Shown: positions 30,724 to 42,268, counted from the stretch's first letter. The stretch: 64,000 nt of DNA from Anaeromyxobacteraceae bacterium (GCA_047602405.1 JASGHJ010000002.1:864001-928000), one strand, 5' to 3'. Program-made: numbers and translations. Notes: a model not told the origin generated them from the letters alone.

Positions 30724-30987
30724 TCGCGTGTTCCTCCGCGCAAAGGCTAGCACGCGTCCGGCGGGCAGGCCCGGCCTCCGGCGCCGGAAATCCGGGCGCC
30801 CCGCATCCCTTGCGCGCCGGCAAGCGGTCCGCGCGAGCTTGGCGGGACGCCGGGTCGGGGATCCCCCGCAATGGCGAGGGGATCCGCGGTAGATGGAGGT
30901 CCACCCGCGACACCCGGTCGCGGCCGGCCGCGGCACGCGGCTTGCCTGTGCGGGCGGTGCCGAACCCCGAGAATTCCGGAGGAATCG

Positions 30988-33256
30988 ATGAAGAAGGTGC
31001 TCGAGGCGCTCGCCTCCCTCAAGGTCGTCGTGCTGCTGCTCGTCCTGCTCCTGGTCGGGCTGGCGGCCGGCACCATCACGGAGTCGAAGATGGGCACCGA
31101 GGTCGCCCAGCGCGCCGTGTACTACGCTTGGTGGTTCCTGCTCCTCCAGGGCGTGTTCGCGACGAGCGTCATCGCCTCGCTCATCCAGCACTTCCCGTGG
31201 GGGAAGGAGCGGCTCGGGTTCCTGACCCTGCACGCCTCGCTCGTCATCATCTTCCTCGGGTCGGCGGTCACCTACTTCTGGAAGACCGAGGGCCAGCTCG
31301 GGCTGTGGGAGGGCGAGACCGGGAGCCGAATCCACGACCCGGCCTCGGGCGTCGCGACCCCGCACGCGCTGCCCTTCCAGGTGAGGCTCATCGACTTCAA
31401 GCTCGACCGCTACCCGGGCACGATGCGGCCGGCGATGTTCTCGTCGATCGTCGAGATCATCGACGAGACCGGCACGCGCCAGGAGCGGATCTGGATGAAC
31501 CACCCGCTCCACTACAAGGGCTACAGCCTCTTCCAGTCGAGCTACCAGCAGCAGGGCGACCGCGAGGCCTCGGTGTTCTCGGTCTCGAAGGACCCCGGCC
31601 AGAACATCGTGTTCCTGGGCTACGCGCTCCTCGTGGGCGGCATGTGCCTCGTGCTCTTCACCCGCGCCGCGCAGGTGAAGAAGAAGGCCGCGATGGAGGC
31701 CGCGCTCGGCCTCGGCGAGAAGGCGGCGATGATCCTCGTGCTCGGCGCGCTCGCGCTGCCCGCCCAGGCGCTCGACCCGGCCCAGCTCGAGGCGATCCGC
31801 CGGCTGCCGGTGCAGCACGACGGCCGCAGCATGCCGCTCGACACGCAGGCGCGCGAGGCGGTCTGGAAGGTGACGGGCTCCTACCGGTTCGAGGGCGAGG
31901 ACCCGGTCGCGACCGTGATGCGCTGGACCTTCGATCCCCAGGCGGCCACCCAGCAGAAGCTCGTCAAGCTCGGCAGCTCGGATCTCGCCCTCGCCGCCGG
32001 CATGCCCGGCCAGACGCACGGCTCGTTCGCCGAGATCGTGCAGAACCGCCAGGTGCTCCAGCTCATGCAGCAGGCCCGGCAGCTCGGGATGCAGGACAAG
32101 CCGCGCACCGGCGTCGTCGGCGAGGCCGAGAAGCTCGAGGAGCGGCTCGTCGCGATGCAGGACTTCCTCAACCGGGAGGCGATCCGCTCCATCCCGGTGG
32201 CGAACGACCCCGTCGAGAAGTGGGGCGTCGCGACGGTGGGCGCGCCCGCCGAGCTCGCCGAGCTCGCGGCCGGCCCGCGCCTCCCCGGCTGGCCCACGGC
32301 CCAGGACGTCGAGACCGAGCTCACCTACATGAAGGTGCGCCCGTCGCAGGTCGCGTGGATCGTGCTGCTCGCGTCGCTCGTGATCTCGATCCTCGCCTGG
32401 AACGGCAAGTCGAAGCTCCTCGACGGCCTCGCGCTCGCGGGCCTCGTGCTCGGCTTCGGCGTGATGGCGTGGGGCATCGGCATGCGCTGGCAGGTGGCCG
32501 GCCGCATCCCCGCGTCCAACATGTACGAGTCGCTGCTGTGGCTCGCCGCCGGCGTGGGGGCCTTCGCCATCCTGGCGTTCGCGATCCTGCGCAACCGGCT
32601 CGTCGTGCTGAACGCGAACGCGATGGCCGCGATCGTGATGGCGCTGACGGACCTGTTGCCCATCGATCGCTTCATCCACCCGATGCCGCCCGTGCTCTCC
32701 GGCACGCCGTGGCTCGCCATCCACGTGCCGATCATCATGATCGGCTACTCGGTGCTCGCGCTCGGCATGCTCATCGCGCACATCCAGGTCGGCTTCACGA
32801 TCTTCGCCCCGCGGCGGACCGACCTCGTGGGGCGCATGGCGGACCTCAACTACTGGTACATGATGGTGGGGAACATCTTCCTCGCCGCCGGCATCCTCAC
32901 CGGCTCGGTCTGGGCCGCCTCCTCGTGGGGCCGGTACTGGGGCTGGGATCCCAAGGAGGTCTGGTCGCTCGTCGCGCTCCTCGCGTACATGGCGATCCTC
33001 CACGGCCGGTTCGACAAGTTCATCGGCCAGTTCGGCGTGGCGGCGATCTCGCATCCTCGCCTTCCAGACCATCCTCATGACCTACCTCGGCGTGAACTTC
33101 GTGCTCACGACCGGCATGCACTCGTACGGCATGGGCGACTCGCCGGTCGTGATGTGGATGGTCATCGTGGCGCTCGCCGAGCTCTTCTACGTCGGCGCGG
33201 GCTGGCTCGCGCACCGCCGGAACGGCGGCGTCGACGCGCCCGCCGCGACGGCCTAG
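30988..33256 (+). CDS. ccsA: Fused cytochrome c synthase CcsBA (system II); +1 frameshift at ~33052
   Basis: ResB-like MNHPLHYKGYSLFQSSY...KDPG; WWD motif WGRYWGWDPKEVW; corrected end GVNFVLTTGMHSYG. Confidence 0.9.
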
Positions 33257-33307
33257 CCGCGGCGATCGAAGTCTCTCCCCGCCTCCGCAGGGCAGGGGAG
33301 TCCAGGG

Positions 33308-33343
33308 GAAAGGGGCCCGCGCTCCAATCGCGGGCCCCTTTCG
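33308..33343. terminator. Hairpin terminator after ccsBA
   Basis: GAAAGGGGCCCGCG...CGCGGGCCCCTTTC inverted repeat. Confidence 0.7.
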
Positions 33344-33435
33344 TGTCCTGCCGGCGCCTCGGCCTTGGCGTTGCGGAACTTGAATCCGGCAGATGTTGGT
33401 CGAGCAGGGCCCTCCACGCGCTGTATCCTCCGCGC

Positions 33436-34464
33436 GTGGATGACCTCGACGCTCGGCCAGAGGCGCGCCTGTTGCGGCAACTGGCGGTCCGGCGCCGTGC
33501 GAGCCCCGGGGAATCGTGGCTCGACGCGCTGATCGGAGCCTGGGTCGCCATGGGCCGACCTGGCGGCTTCACCCACGGCAACGCCGACTGGCACGATCTG
33601 ATCGAGAAGGCCCACGCAATGGGGGGCCCGGAAGCAGCCTTGCGGTTCCTTCTCGAGGAAGTCTCGCCGTTGCAGGCTCGGCTTGCGCGAGGTTGGCTTG
33701 GCGAGAATGTCGCCGATCGCGACGCCCTCGCGGCGCTCCGCGAGGCGGGGGAGACCCGCACGCTGGAGCGGCGCCTGTGGATCCTGGCGCTGCTGTCCAC
33801 CAGGCACCCGAGCGGCCCGGTGGGTGCGGAGACGGGCCGGGCGCGCGCTGGCCTGCTGAGGGAGCTCGCGGATTCTCGCCCTGACGACCTGAGGTTCTCC
33901 GCGGCTGCGATCCTCGATGGGGCTGCCGATGGGGCCGCACTCTCCGAGGCCCAGGTGAACGCGCTCCGCGAGGCGCTCGCGCGCCATCGGTCGATCTACG
34001 GCCTGGGAACGCTCTACGACGCCCTCGTCCGCGAACGTGCACCTCGGAGCGCCGCAGAGGCGCGGGGCTGCTTTGGCGACGCGGTCACGATGCTCCCGGA
34101 TGTGGTCCTGCCGCTCCTCATGCGGCTCGAGGCCACGCACGCGTCGCTCGGGGCGGCCCGAGGCGGCGCATTCCTTGAGGTCGCGGCAGGCGTCGCCGAG
34201 GCATTCCGGACCGCACCCATGATGTCGGAGCGGCTGATGGCCGTCGCCCTCGGCGAGAAGGTGGCGATGCTCCAGGGGGACGCGGCACGCCGACAGACGC
34301 TTGCTGCCGAGCTCGAGTGGCTCCGCTGGCTGTCGCGGCCCGCGAACCGTCTTCCCCTGGAATGGCCCCTCGAACCGCTCCAGCGGGACGTCGTCGACGC
34401 CGTGGCGCACGACGAGTGCGGCCTCTTCGAGCGGACGGCGCTCCCGCCGGGCGCCCGCCACTGA
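33436..34464 (+). CDS. Hypothetical protein with atypical codon usage
   Basis: Open frame to TGA 34464; visibly more A/T-ending codons than flanking genes. Confidence 0.6.
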   Translation: MDDLDARPEARLLRQLAVRRRASPGESWLDALIGAWVAMGRPGGFTHGNADWHDLIEKAHAMGGPEAALRFLLEEVSPLQARLARGWLGENVADRDALAALREAGETRTLERRLWILALLSTRHPSGPVGAETGRARAGLLRELADSRPDDLRFSAAAILDGAADGAALSEAQVNALREALARHRSIYGLGTLYDALVRERAPRSAAEARGCFGDAVTMLPDVVLPLLMRLEATHASLGAARGGAFLEVAAGVAEAFRTAPMMSERLMAVALGEKVAMLQGDAARRQTLAAELEWLRWLSRPANRLPLEWPLEPLQRDVVDAVAHDECGLFERTALPPGARH

Positions 34465-34576
34465 CCGGCCCCCACCTGTCCGGGCCGCGCCCCGCGAGGA
34501 CGCGGCGCCCCGCGCCGGGGCGTCCCTCGACGAAGCGGTTGCCACGGGGCCCCCATCGGCCCCAACCTCTCGCGCC

Positions 34577-36025
34577 ATGGACCTCGAGATCCGGAGCCTG
34601 GCCGCCCGCGGGGTGGGGTTCGGCACGAGCGGCGTGCGCGCCACCGTCGACGCCCTCACCGACGACGTCTGCTACGCCTACGCCGCCGCCTTCCTGCAGG
34701 TGCTCGCGCGGAGAGGGCCCGTGCACCGGGTGGCGATCGGCCACGACCTGCGCCCCTCGAGCCCGCGCATCACCGCCGCCTGCGCCGCCGCCTGCCGCGA
34801 CGCGGGCGCCGAGGTGGTCCACTGCGGCGCGCTCCCGACGCCCGCGCTCGCCCACCACGCGATGGGGCTCGGCCTCCCGGCCATCGTGGTGACCGGCAGC
34901 CACATCCCCTTCGACCGGAACGGCATCAAGTTCTACGTGCCGGAGGGCGAGATCCTGAAGGACGACGAGGCGGCCATCACCGCCGCGAAGGTCCACCTCG
35001 ACGATCGCGCCTTCGACGGCAGCCGTCTGCGCTCGCCGCCGCCGCTCCCGCCGGTCGACCGGAGCGCGCTCGCGAGCTTCGTGAAGCGCTACGTCGGGTT
35101 CGTGCCCGCGGGCGTGCTCGCCGGGCGCCGGGTGGGCGTCTACGAGCACTCGAGCGTCGCGCGCGACGTCCTGAAGGAGCTCCTCGCCGCGCTCGGCGCC
35201 GAGGTGGTCTCGCTCGGCCGCACCGACACCTTCGTGCCGGTCGACACCGAGGCCGTCGGCGAGGCCGACGAGCAGAGGGCCCGCGCCTGGGTGGCGGAGC
35301 ACCGCCTCGACGCGCTCGTCTCGACCGACGGCGACGCCGACCGCCCGCTCGTGGCGGACGAGCAGGGCGAGTTCTTCCGCGGCGACCTCGTGGGCCTCCT
35401 CACGGCCCGCTTCCTCGGGGTCCGCACGGTCGTGACGCCGGTCTCCTCCAACACCGCCGTCGAGCGCTGCGGCGCGTTCGCGAAGGTCGTCCGCACCCGC
35501 ATCGGCTCGCCCTACGTCATCGCCGCGATGGGGGCCCCCGGCGCCGAGGCGCCGGTCGCCGGCTACGAGGCGAACGGCGGGTTCCTGCTCGCGAGCGAGA
35601 TCGTGCGCGGCGCGGCCCGCCTGGCGCCGCTCCCCACCCGCGACGCCGCGCTGCCGATCGTCGCGCTGCTCGTCGCGGCCGCGGAGCGGAAGGTCCCGCT
35701 CTCCGGGCTGCGCGCCGGCCTCCCGCCGCGGTTCACGGCGAGCGACCGCATCCAGAGCTTCGAGACCGCGCGGAGCCAGCGACTCGTCGCCGGGCTCCTG
35801 GGCGACCCGGCCGCGCTCGCCGCGTTCTTCCGGCCGCTCGGCGCGCCCGCCGGCGTCGACCGGACCGACGGCGTGCGCGTGACGCTCGCGAACGGCGAGA
35901 TCGTGCACCTGCGCCCGTCGGGCAACGCGCCGGAGCTGCGCTGCTACGCCGAGGCCGACTCGCCGGCGCGCGCGCGGGAGCTGTCGGCGTGGGGCCTCGC
36001 GGCGGCCAGGGCGGCCGCCGCGTAG
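34577..36025 (+). CDS. Phosphomannomutase/phosphoglucomutase
   Basis: FGTSGVR, TGSHIP (catalytic Ser), DGDADR, GYEANGG, RPSGNAPELRCY. Confidence 0.92.
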   Translation: MDLEIRSLAARGVGFGTSGVRATVDALTDDVCYAYAAAFLQVLARRGPVHRVAIGHDLRPSSPRITAACAAACRDAGAEVVHCGALPTPALAHHAMGLGLPAIVVTGSHIPFDRNGIKFYVPEGEILKDDEAAITAAKVHLDDRAFDGSRLRSPPPLPPVDRSALASFVKRYVGFVPAGVLAGRRVGVYEHSSVARDVLKELLAALGAEVVSLGRTDTFVPVDTEAVGEADEQRARAWVAEHRLDALVSTDGDADRPLVADEQGEFFRGDLVGLLTARFLGVRTVVTPVSSNTAVERCGAFAKVVRTRIGSPYVIAAMGAPGAEAPVAGYEANGGFLLASEIVRGAARLAPLPTRDAALPIVALLVAAAERKVPLSGLRAGLPPRFTASDRIQSFETARSQRLVAGLLGDPAALAAFFRPLGAPAGVDRTDGVRVTLANGEIVHLRPSGNAPELRCYAEADSPARARELSAWGLAAARAAAA

Positions 36026-36039
36026 GCCCGGGCCCGGCG

Positions 36040-37368
36040 CTACGTCCCCGCGACCATCACGTTCTCGAACACCAGCGTCGGGATGCGGACGCTCGAGTAG
36101 GGGAACGGGTCGTCGCCGAGCGCCACGAGCCGCTTCCAGAGCTCGAGGTGGTTGCCGGAGACGTTCATCTCGCCGAACGGCGCGCCGACCTTGCCGCCCG
36201 CGATCTCGAAGCCCTGCACCCCGAACGAGAAGTCGCCGGTGGTGGCGTTCGAGTTGCCGCCCAGGAACGCGGTGACGAGGAGCCCGTCCTTCACGTCGGC
36301 GAGGAGCGCGTCGACCGGCCTGCCCTGGCCCGCGAACACGAGGTTCGAGGCGGAGCGGGTGGTGGGGTCCATCCCGAGCTTCCGGCCGTAGTAGTTGTCG
36401 ACGTAGTAGCTCTTCAGGACGCCCGCCTCGACCACCGGGAACCGCCGGGCCGCGAAGCCCTCGCCGTCGAAGAGGCGCGAGCCGAGCCCGCGCTTCAGGA
36501 ACGGATCGTCGGTGATGGTGAGCTTCTCGCTCGCGATCGCCTGCCCGAGCTTGCCGTCGAGGAAGCTGCGCTTCTGCTGCAGGGAGGCCGCGGTGAGCGA
36601 CTGGGTGAGCGAGCCCACGAGGCGCCCCGCCGCGCGCCGGTCGATGACGACGGTGCGCGCGCCCGTGGCCGCCTTCTTCGCGCCGATCCGCGCGACCGTG
36701 CGCTCCACCGCGCGCTTCCCGACCACGGCGGGGTCGCCGAGGTCGGCGAGGTGCCGGCCGAACGCGTAGTCGGAGTCCTCCGGGCGGCGGCCGTCCGGGT
36801 CCTGCACCGAGGCGGAGGCACTGAAGCTGTGGGCGGTGACGCGGCGGGTCCCCTCGAAGCCGTTCGAGTGGACGCGCGCCGTCTCGGCGAGCGCGTCGCC
36901 GTAGTCGGTGGAGACCGAGATGAGCGCCTTCGCGCCGGGGGCGGCGCGGGCGGCGGCCTCGAGCGCCTCGACGATGGCGCGCCGGCGCGAGGCGTCGATG
37001 CGGGCGTACGCCGCGTCCTCGAGCTCGAGGTCGAGCTTCTCCTGCCCGGCGTACCAGCGCGGGTCGGGCAGGGCGCGCGCGGCGTCCTTCGCGAGCACGC
37101 GGGCGAGCGCGACCGAGTCGTCCACGAAGCGCTCGAGCGCCTCGGGGCGCAGGTCGCTCGTCGAGACCGCCGAGTAGCGGCCCTCGACGTACAGCTCGAG
37201 CGAGAGGGCGCGGGTGGTGGCGTCGGAGAGCTTCTCGAGCTTCCCGTCGCGCCAGGTGAGGTCCACGTTGCGCTCGCGGGTCACCGAGGCGGCGGCCTCG
37301 GCGGCGCCGTGCTTCTTCGCGAGCGAGACCGCGGAGCGGGCCACGTCGATCAGGGCTGGGGTCTTCAC
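36040..37368 (-). CDS. pmbA: TldE/PmbA family protein
   Basis: LTITDDP, FDGEG, NATTGDFS, VSGN. Confidence 0.88.
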   Translation of the reverse strand: MKTPALIDVARSAVSLAKKHGAAEAAASVTRERNVDLTWRDGKLEKLSDATTRALSLELYVEGRYSAVSTSDLRPEALERFVDDSVALARVLAKDAARALPDPRWYAGQEKLDLELEDAAYARIDASRRRAIVEALEAAARAAPGAKALISVSTDYGDALAETARVHSNGFEGTRRVTAHSFSASASVQDPDGRRPEDSDYAFGRHLADLGDPAVVGKRAVERTVARIGAKKAATGARTVVIDRRAAGRLVGSLTQSLTAASLQQKRSFLDGKLGQAIASEKLTITDDPFLKRGLGSRLFDGEGFAARRFPVVEAGVLKSYYVDNYYGRKLGMDPTTRSASNLVFAGQGRPVDALLADVKDGLLVTAFLGGNSNATTGDFSFGVQGFEIAGGKVGAPFGEMNVSGNHLELWKRLVALGDDPFPYSSVRIPTLVFENVMVAGT

Positions 37369-37388
37369 GGGTGTCTCCTCGGGTCGAG

Positions 37389-38958
37389 CTAGGCCTTGCC
37401 GGCGGCCGGCTTCTTCGCCTGGCCGCCGACGGTGATGGACGAGACGCGCACGGTGGGGATGCCCTGCGAGACCGGCACGCTCTGCCCGTCCTTGCCGCAG
37501 GTCCAGCCGCCCTCGTCGATGACGAGGTCGTTCGACACCATGTCGACCTTCTCGAGCACCTTGGGCCCGTTGCCGATGACGTTGATGTCCTTCACCGGGC
37601 GGGTGAGCTTGCCGTCCTCGATGAGCCAGCCGTTCTTGACGTAGAAGGTGAAGTCGCCCGAGCCGATCCGGACCTGGCCGTTCGTGAAGTTGTCGCAGTA
37701 GAGGCCGCTTCTTCACCGACTGGATGATCTCCTCCTTCGCGTGCGGGCCGGGGAGCATGTAGGTCGCGCGCATGCGCGGCATGGGCGCGAACTTGTAGCT
37801 CTCGCGGCGGCCGTTGCCGGTGGGGGCGACGCCGTAGTGCCGCGCGCTGATCGCGTCGTGCAGGTAGGTGGTGAGGACGCCGTTCTGGACGAGGTGGGTC
37901 GTGCCGGCGGCGTTGCCCTCGTCGTCCACGTTGATGGCGCCCCGGGCGCCCTCGATGGTCGCGTCGTCCACGATGTTCACGAACGGCGCCGCGATGGGCT
38001 TGTTGATCTTGTCCGAGTAGATCGACGTGCCCTTGCGGTTGAAGTCCGCCTCCATGCCGTGGCCGATGGCCTCGTGGAGGAGGATGCCGGACGACCCCGC
38101 CGCGAGCACCACCGGCATCTCGCCGGCGGGCGCGGGCACGGCCTCGAAGAGGATCGTCGTGCGGCGCACCGCCTCGGTGACGAGCCGGTCGAGCCGCTCC
38201 TTCGTGTAGAACTCCGGGCCGGAGCGCGCCGCGACGTTGTAGTAGCCCTGCTCGCGCTTCCCGTCCTGCTCGGCGATGCAGCTCACCACCGTGCGGGTCA
38301 TCGGCTGCACGTCCTCGGCGAGGCGGCCCGCGGAGTCGGCGATGAGCACCGCCCCGGCCTCGTCGCCGAAGGAGACGGTCACCTTCTTCACCCGGGCGTC
38401 GGCCGCGAAGGCCCGCTTCTCGAGGTCCTCGAGCATGGGGAGCTTGCGGGCGGGGCGCACCGCGTCCCAGGCGGTCCGCACCGGGTAGCGGTTCGGCAGC
38501 CTCGCGTCGACGTGGAAGCGCGCGGGGGCCTTGCGCGCCGGGCCGTCGGCGATGGCGGCGGCGGTGCGGGCGCACTCCTTGAGGGCGGCGGGCGAGAGGT
38601 CCTCGGTGAAGCCGTAGCCGGTCTGGTCGCCCTTCACGACCCGCACGCCGACGCCGAGCTCGACCTGGGTGAAGGCGCGGTTCACGGCGCCGTCCTCGAG
38701 CACGAGGTTGTTCGAGATGCGGTGCTGGAAGAACACGTCGGCCGTGTCGCCGCCGTGCGCGAGCGCCACGGCGAGCGTGTCGGCGATGAGCTTCTCCGTC
38801 ACGCCGAAGCGGGCGAAGTAGCCGATCCCGCCGGTGCGGGCCTCGGCCCGCGCCACGAGGAGGAGCTCGCTCGCGGAGAGCGCCGCGAGGCCGCCTCCGG
38901 TGAGCTCGAGGAACCGCCGGCGGCCGAAGCCGCCCCGACCGGACACGCGCTGCGCCAT
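37389..38958 (-). CDS. tldD: TldD metalloprotease with Tat signal; +1 frameshift at ~37707
   Basis: HEAIGHGMEADFNRK, GNGRRES, PRM, CGKDGQSVPV; N-terminal GRRRFL. Confidence 0.9.
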
Positions 38959-39069
38959 GGATGCTCCTTCGAAGGAGGTGAGGCCTCCCGGAAAGGAGAC
39001 ACCATGGCCGAGCGCGTGACCGGGCGTCCCCCGCCCGGGCGGGGCGCCCCGGGGCGGGGTGCTCCGGAC

Positions 39070-39507
39070 TCAGGGATACGGGTTGTAGCCACCGCCACCG
39101 CCGGTGCCGCCGCTCGAGGCGCACGCGGTCGTGACGGTGTGGTCGTGCGCGGCGACGCCGATGCCGCCCATGGCGCAGGCCAGCGCGACCTGGGTGCCCG
39201 CCTTGATGCTCGCGAGCTGGGCGGAGGTCAGCGCGAGGGTGTGGTCGTGATCCGCCGTGCCCATGATCGAGTAGGCGTGGTCGAGCCCGTCGGCGAAGTC
39301 CGCCGCGGGGATCGCGAGCACGTGGCCGTGGTTGGCCGAGATCGACGCCGCCGTGCCGCCGTGGGTCGAGCAGTTCGGCTGGGCCTGCTGGCCGCCGCCG
39401 TCGTTGCCGCCGGTCGGGTCCGGCTCCGCGCCGCCGCCGCAGCCCGCGGCAAGTCCGGCCGAGCCGAGGATGATCACCTGGATGAACGCTCTGCGGCCTT
39501 CACGCAT
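39070..39507 (-). CDS. Tat-type lipoprotein with three HxH motifs
   Basis: RRAFI...LAAGC; NHGH, DHDH, AHDH. Confidence 0.75.
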   Translation of the reverse strand: MREGRRAFIQVIILGSAGLAAGCGGGAEPDPTGGNDGGGQQAQPNCSTHGGTAASISANHGHVLAIPAADFADGLDHAYSIMGTADHDHTLALTSAQLASIKAGTQVALACAMGGIGVAAHDHTVTTACASSGGTGGGGGYNPYP

Positions 39508-39638
39508 GGTCCTGCTCCTCCCGTGGGATGTGCTGCGCCTCGAGCGACCTCCACCCCCGGCGGGCGGTCCGCAGGACGATCCCGCTCGGGGCGCTCCCGG
39601 ATGGACGACGGCCCCCCGCCCGTGGTGTCCTCGGGGCC

Positions 39639-40127
39639 ATGCGGCTCCTCGGCGTCCTCCTGGCGCTCGCCGCCGCGGCCCTCGGTGGGTGCGCGGGCCT
39701 CCGGGCCGGCCGCGGCCCGACGCTCCTCGGCTCCGCGCCGGAGCTCGAGGCGGCCCTCGGCGAGGGCCACGCGGTGCGGGTCGTCATCCGCTACGCCCGC
39801 TGCACCCTCCGCGGCGCCGAGGGCGAGCGCCCCGGGCCCGACGTCACGGGCGGCATGACCGTGACCGCCTTCGAACGCTTCGCGGCGGGCACGGTGGGGA
39901 ACGCCGCCCCCTACCTCGCCACCTCCGCGAGCCAGCTCATCGCCCACCCGCGCCACGGCGCGGTCGTGAACTACGTGCGCCTCAGGGTCGAGGCGTCGGG
40001 CAAGGTCGAGGTGACCGCCCGGTACCTCCGCCCGCCCGCGCTGGAGGTCGTGATGGACGAGACCTTCACCTGCGCGCTCGACGCCGGCGCGGGCACCGGA
40101 GGGGTCGCGTTCTTCGCCGCGCGGTGA
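39639..40127 (+). CDS. Lipoprotein, VirK-like
   Basis: Lipobox LGGC; ALGEGHAVRVVIRYARC...ETFTC pattern resembles the VirK family (recognised from memory). Confidence 0.55.
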   Translation: MRLLGVLLALAAAALGGCAGLRAGRGPTLLGSAPELEAALGEGHAVRVVIRYARCTLRGAEGERPGPDVTGGMTVTAFERFAAGTVGNAAPYLATSASQLIAHPRHGAVVNYVRLRVEASGKVEVTARYLRPPALEVVMDETFTCALDAGAGTGGVAFFAAR

Positions 40128-40142
40128 GGTATCGTCCGGCGC

Positions 40143-41793
40143 ATGCACCTCGCGCTCCGGATGGTCCTCGGCCTCGCCGTTGCGCTCGTCCTGCCGCGGG
40201 TGCGGCCGGTGCTGCTCCTCGGCTTCTCGCTCCTCCTCGCCGCGACCGGGTTCGGGCTCCTCGTCCTGCGTGCGCCGCTCTCCATCGCGGCCGCGGCGGT
40301 GGTGGCCGGCGTGGCGATCGCCGGCGCGATCCTGCTCCCCCGGCTCCTGCCGCGGGCCCTCCTCTACCTCCTGCTCCTCGCGGGCTTCCTCCTGCCCGTC
40401 GTCCGCCTGCGCCCCGAGGGCACCGCCGCGCGGGTCCTCCTCTGGGCGGGCGTCGCCGCGGGCGCGTTCGTGCTCGTCCCCCTCGTGCGGCGCCACCCGC
40501 GCGGCCTGCTGCGGATCGGCGCGGCCATGCAGGGGGCGGCGATCGCGGTCTCCGGCACGGGGCACCCCGTCCTCTACGGCGCGGCCCTCGCCCTCGCCGT
40601 GCTCGTCGCCGACGCCATCCTCCGCCTGGGGGACGATCCCGAGCCCGCGCCGGAGCACGGGCCTCATCGGCTGGCGACCGCCTTCGCGCTCGGCCTCGGC
40701 GCCGCCGCCGCCGGGCTCGTCCTCGCGCTGCCGCGCCTCGCGGGCGAGCTCCCGGCGCCGCCGGCCCCGTCCGCGCAGGCCGCGGGCCTGCCTCCGCTGC
40801 CCTTCGACGCGCGCCGCGAGGCCGTGCGGGCCGCCGCGCCGGCGGGCGGGCTCGTCTGGCCGATCCTCTCCGAGACCGTGGCCTGGGACGAGCCCGGGCT
40901 CGATTCGACGCCTGTTCCCCATCTTCGACAACCTGGACGCCGTCTTCCTGGGCGGGAGTCGCGAGGGGCTCCAGAAGCTGCCGGGCACCGGGCCCTCGGG
41001 TCGGTTCAGCCTGCGCCCGGAGCTCGCCCGCGCCCGGCGGACCGCCGACCCCGCGGCGCTCGCGCGGCTGCGCGCCGCCGCGACCGCGACGGTCGGCGCG
41101 CTCGGCGACGTCCTCCCGCTGGTGCGCGCGGGGGCGAGGCAGGCGGAGGTCGGCGACGCGCTCCGGCGGGCGATGACCGCGCGCGGCTGCGGGCCGGAGT
41201 CGTTCCCGCCCATCGCGTCGTCGGGCAAGGCCGCCGCCGCGCCGCACGGCGACGGCAACCAGGGCGTGCTCGGCGCGGGCGAGGTCGTCGTCATGGACTT
41301 CGGCTGCTCGGTGGACCAGTACGCGAGCGACTTCACGCGCACGCTGCCGGTCGACGGCCGCTTCACGCCGCGGCAGCGCGTGCTCTACGACGCGGTCTTC
41401 GCCGCGCAGGCCGCGGCGCTCGCCGCGTGCAGGCCCGGGGTGCGCCTCGGCGGGAGGGGGAAGGGCGAGGGCGGCGAGAGCCTCGACGCGATCGCCCGCA
41501 AGGTCCTGCGCGAGCGCACGCCGGACCACGAGGAGCACATGCCCCACGGCCTCGGCCACACCGTCGGCCTCTTCGTGCACGACGTGATGCTCGAGGGCGC
41601 GCTGAAGGAGGGCGACGTCGTGACCATCGAGCCCGGGACGTACCTCGAGGGCGAGCTCGGCATCCGCATCGAGGACACCGTGCTCGTGACCGCGACCGGC
41701 TGCGAGCCGATCACCACGGGCTTCCCGGCAGACGCCGACGCCGTGGAGGCCGCGATGGCGAAGGTGGCGGCGGCGGGGAAGGGGAGGCCGTAG
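40143..41793 (+). CDS. Multi-TM domain fused to M24 Xaa-Pro peptidase; +1 frameshift at ~40904
   Basis: MDFG...SDFTRT, HGLGHTVG..VHD, TIEPG, RIEDT; N-terminal ~200 aa hydrophobic. Confidence 0.8.
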
Positions 41794-41873
41794 GGGCCGG
41801 CGGCCCGTTACACTCAGTATCGTCCGCCGCCGCGCCCGTCCGGCGGTCCGTGGACTCGATCCCGTTCACCCCC

Positions 41874-41925
41874 CCGTTCGTCCCGAGCGTAGCCACCGCG
41901 CAGCGGTGGCGGAGACGAGGGACGG
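41874..41925 (+). repeat. 52-bp REP-like element, copy 2
   Basis: CCGTTCGTCCCGAGCGTAGCCACCGCGCAGCGGTGGCGGAGACGAGGGACGG. Confidence 0.85.
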
Positions 41926-41976
41926 CCCTGGCACCTGCAGCCAGGCAACTTGAATTCGGCAGATTCTGAGGCGGCC

Positions 41977-42268
41977 GTGCACGAGCTCAAGTTCGACAGG
42001 TGGACCCTGCACGTCGACCCGGTCGCGACCGCGCTCGCCTACGAGAGCATCTCCCCCGGCCCGGAGGACTGCGGCTGCGACGAGTGCCGGAACTTCGCCG
42101 CGCAACGTGAGCGCATCTACCCACGCGAGTTCCTGGAGCTGTGCGCGCGACTCGGCATCCCGCCGGGCAAGGAGGGCGAGGTCTACGGGTGCGGGGGCGG
42201 GCAGGACGGGAGGCACTTCTACGGGGGCTGGTTTCACTTCGTGGGCAGCGTGGAGAACAGGGCTGAAC
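41977..42268 (+). pseudogene. Hypothetical gene (CGCxxC motif), apparently truncated at an 18-bp motif
   Basis: Protein-like up to YGGWFHFVGSVE; frame stays open to 42471 but looks non-coding after the motif at 42266. Confidence 0.5.

Noticed and set aside
30850..30917. Multi-stem structure upstream of ccsBA as a riboswitch
   Set aside because: Pairings exist (GGATCCCC/GGGGATCC, CCGGGT/ACCCGG) but match no family I recognise and are common at this GC; an Rfam search would be needed
30871..34464. 1197-aa CcsBA fusion
   Set aside because: Artefact of the frameshift at ~33052; ccsBA ends at 33256 and is followed by a terminator
36040..38958. TldD-TldE single-chain fusion
   Set aside because: A frameshift at ~37707 bypasses the real TldD C-terminus (CGKDGQ), which ends at 37389
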